Part shown: positions 39,041 to 49,542 of the stretch, one piece after another
Numbering within the stretch: the first letter of the stretch is position 1
Layout: each line of letters starts with the position of its first letter
Source of the DNA: Spizellomyces punctatus DAOM BR117
Lineage: Eukaryota
NCBI GenBank assembly: GCA_000182565.2
Contig: KQ257453.1
DNA: 64,000 nt
Strand: one strand, 5' to 3'
Notes under the pieces: model-generated
Seen by the model: only the letters and a program-made list of their open reading frames with translations
What the model was told of the DNA's origin: nothing
The model's database searches: none
Program-made: the position numbers and the translations under genes

Positions 39041-40009
39041 AGTTCGATTTCTGTGACACTTTTGAAGCGATGGAGGAATTGCTTAACGTTCCCAAGTGTG
39101 TAGAAAATGCAATACTGCACATAAGCATGTCTTGCTGTACATAATCAATCATTGCCAGTTTCCCTTGTCAACAACACTCACCGAGATGCTATGAATTGTA
39201 CCTGCTGAAATGGTGAAACTATTTGATGAAAAACATGGTTGTTAACGGAATAACTCCCTGCACATGAAAGACTCTGATCGTTCATATTTTCAATGATCCT
39301 TGCTGTTGTGAACTTGCTTTTTGATTTGCTTTACGAGTTAACCTTATTTCCTCGTCAGCCCCAAAAAACTCATCAACCATAAATTCCGGGGATAATCTTC
39401 CATACGACAAAAATAGATTGCGTTTCCTATGTGCCGCTTGTACGAATTATTTTTGAATGTTTGAATGGAAAACACACCAGCGCGTTTAGTGTAAATGCCA
39501 ACCAAGCCTTGTTGTTGACAAGGGTCACAAATGTGTTTTTTTGTGCGTATGGGCAATGTTTTGTAAAGAGTTTACGAATATCATCACAAAAGTTAGTTTT
39601 TTGTTTCGCTTCATCGTTTTAAACAAGGTCACTTTTTTGTCGTAACACATTCAATAGTTCGAAACTTCCTCTTAAGCTGCCGCTGAACACACAAAAGTCG
39701 GGGCCTCCAATTCCAATTGATCCCGTAAGCCAAGGTTCCGACCATTTGGCGGAACCCGTATCCGTCGGGTTACAGATGTGAGTATGTGGAGTATGGGTTG
39801 AAAGAGTTTTGAACAGTCCTGTGACAGACATGTGTCTTCGTTGACTGGAAACTGGCAAGGTTGTGGTTGCTTATTGGGAATAAGCGACAATGCTAACCTG
39901 AACATTCTCGGCTTTTTCGTGCATACTAGAAACCAATTACAAAACTCCTTCAGTGCGTACGTCATCTTTCTAGGCACTCTGCCTCCTTACTTTTCATCAG
40001 CTACACAAT

Positions 40010-41291
40010 ATGGGGGGCTGCTCCAGCTCACCAGAGGACATTGAAGCACGAAACCGAAGCGTGGCGATTGACCGTCAATTGAAAACTGAAGCTCGGGAAA
40101 CGGAACGATTCATAAAACTCCTCCTGCTGGGTGCCGGTGAATCCGGCAAGTCCACGATTCTCAAGCAATTCAAACTTATTCATGGTGTCCCATTCTCCGA
40201 TGCGGAGCGGATGTCGTATCGTCCCGCCATCCTGGGGAATCTCATGTCCTGTGCCAGAACGCTGATTGAAGCCATGGCAAGGCTGGAGGGTTTACAGTAC
40301 GGGGATGTTGCGACGCAGTTGAAGGCCTCGTCAATAATGACAGCACCGTCTTCATATGGTGAAGGAGAACAAGTTCCACCTGCGGTGATAGATGCGATAC
40401 AGGCGCTATGGAAAGACTCTGGCATTCAAGAATGTTACAGACGATCGAATGAATACCAACTCATTGACTCTTGTCAATAGTATGTTCAATCATTTGTTCT
40501 TCCCGACCATCCAATATATCATCTAACATCACACGTTGTTCTATAGCTACATGGACGAAGTAGGCCGTATCTGCGCTGCAAACTACGTACCAAATGACCA
40601 AGATATCCTGCGAGCACGAGTCATGACCACCACCATCACCGAAAACAAATTCTTGATTCAGGGAATGGTTTTCCGTATCTTTGACGTTGGAGGACAACGG
40701 AGTGAACGAAAGAAATGGGCACCCTATTTTGATGATGTCAATAGCATAATCTTCCTCGCTGCCATTAGTGCCTATGATCAAAAGTGTTTCGAGGACAATT
40801 CGACAAATCGAAGTAAGTACCACCAAATGAGGCGGATTTTTTGACCCATCTACTAATATCATGATGTGTATCGTCAGTGCTCGAATCTCTCAATTTGTTC
40901 GACTCTATATGCAACCATCCCCTCTTCCGCAAAACATCCATCATCCTCTTCCTGAACAAGGTCGATCTGTTTCGAGAAAAGATAAAAACCGTCCCAGTCA
41001 AAAAGTATTTCCCGCAATATGACGGTAAGTCCTTAAACACTGGGATATCAACGACACTTTCAACTTTATCCTTTTACTGATTTGGATTCCCCCCTTCCGA
41101 AAAAAGGACCAAATACCTTTGAGGCCGCCTCAGAATTCTTTGCCCATCGTTTTGTAGCTCTCAACAAAATGCCCGAAAGAAAAATCTATATACACTATAC
41201 GTGGGCAACAGACACCAATCAGATCAAAACAGTCTTTGCGACAGTGAATGCCATCATACTAAGGGAGAATCTTCATGCGTCTGGCTTGTAA
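40010..41291 (+). CDS. Heterotrimeric G protein alpha subunit, 3 introns
   Basis: MGGC acylation site, [39 protein letters not shown]. Confidence 0.97.
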
Positions 41292-42020
41292 GAGCCGTAG
41301 AAAAGAAAGTCATGTTGTAGTATGGATACAAATCTTTAGAGCTTTACAATCCATTGTAAAGATCCGGCAGGAAATATTATTGTTTTTGGACATGTGCTCA
41401 TTTACTTTCTTTGAATGCCGTGTCATTACCAAAGTCACGAATACACCAACTTGGAAAACGTGTACCTCCTGCCGGCGAAAACGAACAGGAAGCAAAAAGG
41501 TATCTCAACTAGCGCCACTTGCTGGAGCGTTCCACGATCCTCAATGAGCCATTGACGAATGTATGAACAGAAGGACGCGCCCGTGCACGCGGACCATCAA
41601 TACTGACAGCTTCATGTCAAATAAAGCCCCATTTTTGGGAATTGCGGAAATGGCTTTCCATATCCATTGCAAATCAGGATAGGCAAAGGTGCTGCCATGT
41701 CGCAGGCCGCAAGACCCGTGTCAAGGATGCTGATCTTCCATGTCCGTTGGGGTTTGACGGGTGCAACGTAATGTTGCGATTTGTTAGCTTGTTCCACTAG
41801 ACCATGCGTTTATCGGCATTCCAAGAGTTCAGCATTCCCTCCCTCCAAACTGCCTTTATCACCATACTCGTGTGCTTAGGGCTCAGCGTCAACGATATGG
41901 ATCGCAGACCAACAAAGATGGGACTAGCAGGCGGGTATTGGCCATTAATGATGGATCTGGTGACATTGATGTACTGGGTAAACTCGGAGCTTTAGCCATT
42001 CACCTCATCGTCCGGTACCA

Positions 42021-42680
42021 TCAAACGCCTCCAACCTCTCTGGCATGCTCCAGACCCTTTTCTCGTAACCGTTTGGCAATATCTCTTGCAAATGTTAGCT
42101 CCTCCTCGACCACCTCCGTAAGCGACGAATCAATGCATAAACAATGTTCAAAGCTTTGAGCAGCAAGTACGGGTTCACCAAAAGCCATCTGCGCCCTTCC
42201 AAGTGTCTGCCATGCTTCTGCCCACTGTGGACATAATTGACTAGCGGTCTCTGCGGCCTTTACAGCCTCGAACCACTCGGTTCGTTCTAAATGTACTTGC
42301 GCTCGCATTTCGTGCACTTGAGCAACCTCTCTTACATTGAGAGAATCTGTTACGAGGGTGAGGGCCTGCGACCAGCGTGACAGTGCTTCGGCGTATCTCC
42401 CCTCAGACGCCAGAAAGCTGCCTTCGTTGTAGAGAGTTCTGAATTGCGTAAGGGGATCCAGAAGGAGCTTGTGTTTATGGGTGGTTAGTGAGTACGTAGG
42501 ATCGTCGATAAATGGTTGCACGTCTTCGTCAGTGTCGTCGTTCGCCGGTGTGAAAGGGAGGCACGATCTAGTTGGCGTGCCAAGTACATTTCTTGTTTTA
42601 CGTGAGCGCTTCACAGAAAAGGCAACCGATGCTGGCCGCTTCCTTTCTGGTTCGCCTGACCCTGGCGGCATACTTTGCAT
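42021..42680 (-). CDS. TPR-repeat protein, TTC33-like
   Basis: EGSFLASEGRYAEALSRW..HEMRAQVHL..AVKAAE..PQWAEAWQTLGRAQMAFGEP. Confidence 0.8.
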   Translation of the reverse strand: MQSMPPGSGEPERKRPASVAFSVKRSRKTRNVLGTPTRSCLPFTPANDDTDEDVQPFIDDPTYSLTTHKHKLLLDPLTQFRTLYNEGSFLASEGRYAEALSRWSQALTLVTDSLNVREVAQVHEMRAQVHLERTEWFEAVKAAETASQLCPQWAEAWQTLGRAQMAFGEPVLAAQSFEHCLCIDSSLTEVVEEELTFARDIAKRLREKGLEHAREVGGV

Positions 42681-43321
42681 AATGCCACAGATATTTGCCT
42701 GGAAGCGTAAAGAGCAAACGTCACATGCGACCACCCCGTTGGGAACTTGTCAAACTCTAGGCTCCTGGTAAGAGGACAGCATAAACGTACGAGAAAGAAA
42801 CGAAAAGGTGGTAAGTATACATCCAAGAGCTCTGTTGATGCGCCCCATCTGACAACGAAATTAAGTTGCTGCCGCTTTCGGACGTATTAACGTATGGACA
42901 ATTCGTCCACGGCGCGTTAAAATCCTAAAGGAATACGGCTGCCTGCTCTGCTTTTACCGACCAAAGCAGAGACCGGATCGGGTCAGGGACCAGCGAAGAC
43001 GGCTGACTGGACGTGGGACAAGGGCCTAGGTACCGACTTGTCACGCGGACGAGGCACTCGTAGCTCACGCAGCTCAGCAATCATCGTCGCAGGTCCTCCA
43101 CCCTGACTGGGTGCAGTAACTCTCTTTCTACCAATTTATGGAAGTAAGAAAGACCTGCTGAGTCCGGTAAGGCGCACATAAGGTCTACCGAGAGGTAGAC
43201 TTTGAACCTATTGCCCGGTTATCGTGCGTGCCTCAGGGAACCAACTCTCCCCACAGCTACGTCGCATGATTTGGGAGCCACGAAAACAAACTCACCTTAC
43301 TGTTCCCTTGGCGTGACGAGA

Positions 43322-43374
43322 GCAGATGAGCGAGCCAGGTGTCCGGGAAGAAGTGCAGATGAGCGAGCCAGGTG
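43322..43374. repeat. 20-bp perfect direct repeat GCAGATGAGCGAGCCAGGTG x2 (13-bp spacer)
   Basis: Copies at 43322-43341 and 43355-43374. Confidence 0.9.
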
Positions 43375-44088
43375 ACGGGGCAAGTACCAAGTCCGATCAA
43401 ACTGCGGATGACGGAGATCGTGGTGGAGAAGCGGTGTTGCAACGTGCCAACAGCCTATGAATAAACGGGATGCCTTGTGGCGAATTTGGGCACTGAGGAA
43501 AAGGTTGGTGAACAGCTGCGAGTGTCATCAAGATGTGGGTCACGTGCTAGCCGCGCGTTCTAATGTCGCTCTTCTACCACATCGGTTTGCCATGGCATGG
43601 ATTTTAATTCAAATATACAAAATGAAGGAAATCATACAAGTAGCGGGGATATTCCTTTTGCTTGAAGCGTTTTAATTCCCGACGATAGCCAGAAACAGTC
43701 CGACAAGCTATTCATTCCCTTTAGGCATTCCATATACTTGCATCATTGTCCAGCCAAATGTCCCCCCCATGGGACCCCACGCGACAACAGAAGAAATCCA
43801 ACTGCTTTTTTCATTCAATTCCCTGAATGCGGGATGAACGAGCCGTCGGTAAGCGGCTTCCGATCGCTTTTCAACAAAACAGAGCGATTGCTGCCAGCGA
43901 TAGCGTTGAAATAAACAAGCGCGTTTGGTCTTTTGTTTTTAAGAAACTTTCGTCCATGTCCCGGATATTCTGCCATTACAACGCATCATCGTATTCCGCA
44001 AATGATTGCGTCTCATTCTAGGCGCTTCGGTCTCAATGTATCCCTTTCTTCCCTTGGCTCTGGGTCCAACCGTATATAACAGTTTTTT

Positions 44089-45594
44089 TCAGTCTTTCCA
44101 AACTGTTGCTGCCTTTCCTTCCAGTGGGACGTCAAAGTCGGTAGATGACGTCTCTCGCAGCAAGGCTGCCACAGGGATAGGTCTCCCTATCCGTGGCGTG
44201 CTTTGCCGCACCAACGGACCTGCCTGGGGCAGCGGAAGTTGCAAATGGTTCGACCATGCGCCTCTGACTGGCGATATCTCTAATCGGGTATTGGGTTTTG
44301 ACGTTGTGATATAAGATGGTTGATGTGCGGGCGCGGGGGGAATCGAGGGCGGAGATGCATGTGGAGAATAGCGTGACATTGGGGCTGTTGTGGTTGCTAG
44401 TGGCGGGTACGCTGACGGTAGAGGCGTATGCGGAGAATAAAGTGACATTGGTGTTGTTGTGGGTGCTAGTGGCGGGTAAGCTGAGGACGTGTGTAGCGGG
44501 GAGTGTGATGGAAAGTGATTTGGCCTAGCGAGCGGTCTGCAGCAGCTCCTGGTACAAGGAGGTTGCGGATTGGGTTGTGCTTTATGATAAACGTCTGTAC
44601 ATTGGGGCAACATAGGATAGGAATATGATGACGGTGCGACATGTCGCGGTGCAGGCGATGCATACGTCTGACCAACATCGTTGCTGCTATGATGCTTCCA
44701 TCCGCGCTGAGATGCACTAAACGGGCGTTGACTTGATGACGGTGCCTGCGGCCCGAATGCATATGGTTGATATCGTCGAGTTGATTGAGACGGTCCATCA
44801 GGTGAATGCGTGCGACGATGTGAGCTTCCTGATGAAGGCATTGATCCCGCTCTGTTTTGGTGACGTTTCGCCAGCTCTTGCATGTGAGAACGCATGGAAG
44901 GGGATGAGTCTGTCCATGTCAATACAATATCCGGGTATCGTCGGTAGTCGACAAACACTGACGCCAGATCAGGCTGTTGGGAAGGTCGAGGCAGTTTTCC
45001 GGACCGAGCATCCTCCTCTGAATAGTACGCCACCAGATGCTGCCGGCGACCATCAGTAGTTGTAACCGCCAAGCACCGCTTACAGAGGCCACCTTCTTTT
45101 CGCTTGTACATGGACACATCGCCGTCCTCATGAGTGGAATTTGTCTCCTCCGAGGTTCGTCTATTGCGAGCAGCGCCGTCAATCTCATAGTATATCAAGA
45201 AGCGCTCTAGGAGGCGACGAGATGGGGACCAAGTACGGCCGTCTGTCCATCGCCGGATCTGTGCCTCCTCCTCGTCCCATATCCAAACAGAACCCGACTG
45301 TATCCGGACCTGTAAAAAAAAAGCACCATGTATGTCTTGTACGTTGTCCCAAAAACGGTGTTTGAAATCCAAGCGCCACGCTTACCTTTTCATTTTCCGT
45401 CAATCTACGTTGGTTGCGTCTCAAATATCCCTGACGACAGGCCTAAGTGCGTGTGTCCATCGAAAGGTCAGTCAAGGACAAGGAACTCGGTTTTACCGGT
45501 TTGGGCCCTGAGGACGCCGGCGAATGAGTGCGCATACCTCGAGCAGCAAGACTGCGTCCTCGAGCGTTTCGACAAAGCCATGCCAGGTTTCCAT
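44089..45594 (-). CDS. Gti1/Pac2 (WOPR) family transcription factor
   Basis: METWHGFVETLEDAVLLLE|ACRQG..RRLTENEK|..IQSGSVWIWDEEEAQIRRWTDGRTWSPSR..FLIY; GLCKR..HLVAYY; Pro/Ser-rich tail. Confidence 0.93.
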
Positions 45595-45613
45595 GGCGGA
45601 TGGGGGCGTTTGC

Positions 45614-45633
45614 TGTGTGTGTGTGTGTGTGTG
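45614..45633. repeat. (TG)n microsatellite in the WOPR 5' region
   Basis: About 10 TG units. Confidence 0.9.
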
Positions 45634-46963
45634 CGTTGCCCGACTGTTACTGCCCGAGCGTTCGAGTTCAAGCTTCTGTGTAGAAAAATGGGTGAAGAAC
45701 ACAAATCGTCTGGTGATGCGGGCAAAGGACGTGAGATATTTTAGGGGAAAACTCTCTTCTTCAAAGTACGGAGCTCCCCCAACAGTCTTTCAGGGTATTG
45801 CAAATGCACGGGGGCAAGTGTGCTTGTTTAACAAAACCATGGAATAACTGCTACCTTTATTTAGGGTTTAATTTACTTCCAAACGCATAGAACGCATACC
45901 ATGGCAAAATGTTTGGCTACGACGACGATGGAGACGATATGAAAACAAGAATACCAGAAGCCATTTATTATTTTAAACATTCAACTGGTATGGCATATTC
46001 TTTTTTATAATGTTTTGCATTCTCTTTGGGACTTTTCCTGGTTCCTTTTTGGAGGGAAAACTTCCGCCTCCAACGAGGATATCGAATATCCCAAATGTCT
46101 TTATGCTACGACGCTCTCGTCGGTCTCTTCGCCCCCCGCCGTGGATTTTGAAAAGTTCTTTTAACTTGCATTTGTCATTTTAAACGGCCGCGGAGTTGCC
46201 AATATGTTTTATTCATTCCTCCATGGCCGACTTTCGTGGGAAGAGCCAATACCTTGGGCCGATTGTTCAGCATTGTAAGCGACCCCCCTCCGCTGACACA
46301 AGCACAAAGCGCGCGCGTGTGGGTTTTTTTTCTATTTTCACCTGTGGATGTTCCGCGATTTAGCCCTCTCTCAGCCCCCCGCAGTCCGCCGTGAAAGTTG
46401 AACAATTAAACTTTGTTGAAGACGGTCGGGCTGCTGGGGCTGGCGGAGGGCGTGTTATTCCATGCATATGGCGAATGGCCAATGGTTCTAGGCTCGGTAA
46501 TGCATCCGGCCTTGTGCTGCCTCGTACCTTTACAATTCTCCGCGTTAAGAGATGAGGGGCACGAGGGCAATCCATGCAAGGACGAGACCCATTGTCGCTT
46601 ATTTTTGTGGTGTCATGTTGCTTATCTAAAAATGTTGCGTTGAACCCTTTGGGTGACAAGCCCTCATCATTTAAGGGATTCATTTGGACGTCATATTTGG
46701 GATCATTTGAAAAGGATTGCCAATACTACTACCATCGACGTAATCATCATTATTGAGCACCGGTTAGATTTCAACTATACTCGCATAGGAAATAAATAAT
46801 AATATACTGCATCTTTTGTATTTATCAGGTCTTTTATCAAGTGCGTTGCACGCATGCGTTCCCACTAATTAACATATATGGCCAGTCTTCAATCTGCCCG
46901 CCCGTACAATATGTATGCATTCGAACCACTTGACTGGTGAATACAGTCCATCGATACGAGCAG

Positions 46964-46981
46964 TACACACACACACACACA
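46964..46981. repeat. (AC)n microsatellite
   Basis: About 8-9 AC units. Confidence 0.85.
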
Positions 46982-47698
46982 TTACCACACACTAGGCAAT
47001 AGAGTCATCATTTTGTTCAAAAGTTGACAACGACACAAAAAGATAAATGCTGTTCATACTGGGAGTAAATGCTGCCTCCCAGAGAAAACCTTTTTACTAA
47101 TGTCCATCCACCTCCATCCAACCTCATTCCACCTCGGCGGCCAAAAGCTGGAAATTCAAAAAGTCAGCCCTGGATGCGAATCTACAAATACAAAAACGAT
47201 CATCCTGTTTGAGAATAAACGGCATTTTCTTATTTTTTCCTTGATTTTTTTAATGTCCATTAGTCGCTTGTCGTTGTCGTTGGTCACAGGGTCGTTTCCA
47301 CCATGGCTGCGCATTTCAAACTCCGCGTCTGGTGACGTGTAAACTGGACTTTTTGGGGCTGCCCGCGTGCTCTAGCCGTTTAACCGTGTGGGGTAGCAAG
47401 TGAGATTTCGAAAAAAAAAGGCATTTCGAGTGCGTTTAAATAGAGGCTGAACGGAACATTACCCTCGCACCTGTTCGCCAAAGAGTCGCAGCCAACGCTT
47501 GTCAACATTCACATAAATAGGACCTGCTCAGACGGGCTCCTCATCGTGTTTCTTTAGCTCGGACATTTTCACCTGTAGCGAACGAGCTGAATTTTATACT
47601 TTTACGACATTGTATCTGCACGATAGCCATCACCAACAGCTTTGCGCTTACAAGTCTGAGCCGGTTCGTCTCCCATTTCACATAAAGCTCATGGCAAC

Positions 47699-48459
47699 AT
47701 GTCGACAACAAGGACCTCGACTGTAACAGCCATGGAACCAGTATCCCCAAAAGCACACCTAAGCCTCTCTCCCAGCGACTTGTATTTTACGCCCACCCGC
47801 TCGCATGTGGGAGTCATTGCCAGAATCTCGCTTCAAAACAATCACCCATCCAAGCGGCCAGTAGGATACAAATTGAAGACGAATGCACCGGCCAGATATT
47901 CTGTTAAACCTGTGTTGGGTGTATTGGTGGCTGGAGCGACTGTGGATGTCCTAGGTAATGGCAGGTTGATTATTTGTTAAAAAGGAATCCTATTCTCATG
48001 TAGGCTTGCTTGCTTCCTTCTGCAGTTAGGACTGAATCAGCTATCCATCCTGACGATCGGTTCCTCCTACAAACCATTTTCTTGACAGACGAAGAGTCCG
48101 TGGGGCTGGATGCTGCCAAGGTAATAAATGCATGTTGACTGGCCCTATACTGTCACTCGACTCACTCTTTTGTTGAACCGCAGTGGCGCACATTAGATCG
48201 CCGACGGATGGCCGACACCTTTATCGACTGCAAACCCGCCACCAGCCGTCCACGCGGCCTATCTGCTGCATCTACATCCTCGTCATCATCGACGGGCACC
48301 TCTACCACATTACGACCGTCACCCACAAAGAACCCAGTGGACGTCTCGGTACGAGTGACGCCGCTTGATGTGGTTGTGTTTTCATGTCTCTGCCTGGTGT
48401 TGGGAATTTTGATGCCTTACAGAAGTCTAGCACATCTGGTAGATTTGACGTTGGTGTGA
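47699..48459 (+). CDS. MSP (major sperm protein) domain membrane protein, VAP/MOSPD-like
   Basis: LSLSPSDLYF..ISLQN..VGYKLKTNAPARYSVKPVLGVL..DRFLLQT, with a C-terminal hydrophobic segment. Confidence 0.85.
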
Positions 48460-48889
48460 CAAGCAAACGTCGTGCTATAGAGTGTGGGGAGGCTGCTTTC
48501 TTGTATATCCTTAATTTTCTGTTATATAATTTTAGATAATATTTGACCCTAGAATAAAACCTCTTAATGTATTGATTTAAACAAACTGGGGAGTTTGATG
48601 GGAGTTTATAACCAGTTTAGCCATGAAGGACAACTCGAAAGGATTGTTCTAAGACAAGTTTTGGTGCAGCGGAACGAGAGTTGCCGCTGCCGTTTCTAAT
48701 GCATGGTAAAGAATATCTATACTGGAGATCATGAGGATCAAACATCGTATTTGGAGGCTGCTTCAACCGCACCTTTTAGGATGCAAGACCGTCTCAGGAA
48801 AAAGTGTTAGATAGAGCACTGAATGCATTCTCCGAGCCCTTCAGTAATTAAATGATTAGTATTTCTGATAATTATTGTCCAATAACACA

Positions 48890-48961
48890 GGGGTAGTAAC
48901 TCAGTGGTAGAGTGTCTGCTTCGCATGCAGGAAGCCCGGAGTTCGATCCTCCGCTACTCCA
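48890..48961 (+). tRNA. tRNA-Ala(CGC), third identical copy
   Basis: Same 72-nt cloverleaf, with a T6 terminator at 48983-48988. Confidence 0.96.
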
Positions 48962-48973
48962 TTAGCAAACCTG

Positions 48974-49332
48974 TCCGCGGAGTTTTTTGAACCTCCCGTC
49001 CAGAAGCGAATGCGCAAGAATGTTTTAAGATATCTGCTGTCTTTTTTGTTCAAAACAGTTTTAATATGTAGGAGTTGTATGTATCATTCATTTTCATTCG
49101 TTGCATCTTTTGATCAAACAGATTATCTCTCGGGGAGCGGGAGATAACAATCTTTTTGCTTCCGCGACATTCTGCCCCAATTGATAAGACTGCCCGTTAT
49201 CTTCGCTGAAATGCCCTCAAGAGAGCTCTCTCCAGTTTTTTTGCCTGTGCAGCTTCTTTTGTCTCCCTCCATTGGCCATTGGCTGGTGGTAAATGGCATC
49301 TTATCATGTCTCCATGCGGGCTCCTGTTATCT
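48974..49332 (+). promoter_or_regulatory. Putative nitrogen-regulated promoter: six WGATAA sites plus one TCCGCGGA / CTCCGHGG-type site
   Basis: GATAA on either strand at 49123, 49142, 49182, 49197, 49301 and 49327; TCCGCGGAG at 48974-48982. All lie upstream of nitrate reductase. Confidence 0.6.
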
Positions 49333-49542
49333 CCCTTGGGGGAATCAAAAAAGAAAACGTCCCCCCACCACATTTTAAAATCGACAGTAGGGCAAAAAGT
49401 CCCCCATAACAGATGGTTAATGTCCATGCAATTGCCCTACTCGTTTGTCCATCGAGGCTTGAATCGCACGTAAATACACATCTCTTCTTTTTTTTTTTAT
49501 TCAACGCAGTCGATATTGCCATCTGTTCTGTCTTACGAAACG

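Noticed and set aside
42810-42820. ATACTTACC on the minus strand resembling the U1 snRNA 5' end
   Set aside because: It is not followed by UG or by the U1 stem-loop I and 70K loop, and it is simply the complement of a donor-like GGTAAGTAT.
42949-42958. GCTTTTAC resembling U5 loop 1
   Set aside because: It lacks the invariant GCCUUUUAC and lies in a stem rather than an 11-nt loop.
43322-43374. Direct repeat considered as a CRISPR-like array
   Set aside because: Only two units with a 13-bp spacer, in a eukaryotic context with no cas genes.
45600-47690. Short ORFs in the 2-kb gap between the WOPR and MSP genes
   Set aside because: No domain motifs or consistent exon structure; most likely an extended regulatory region.
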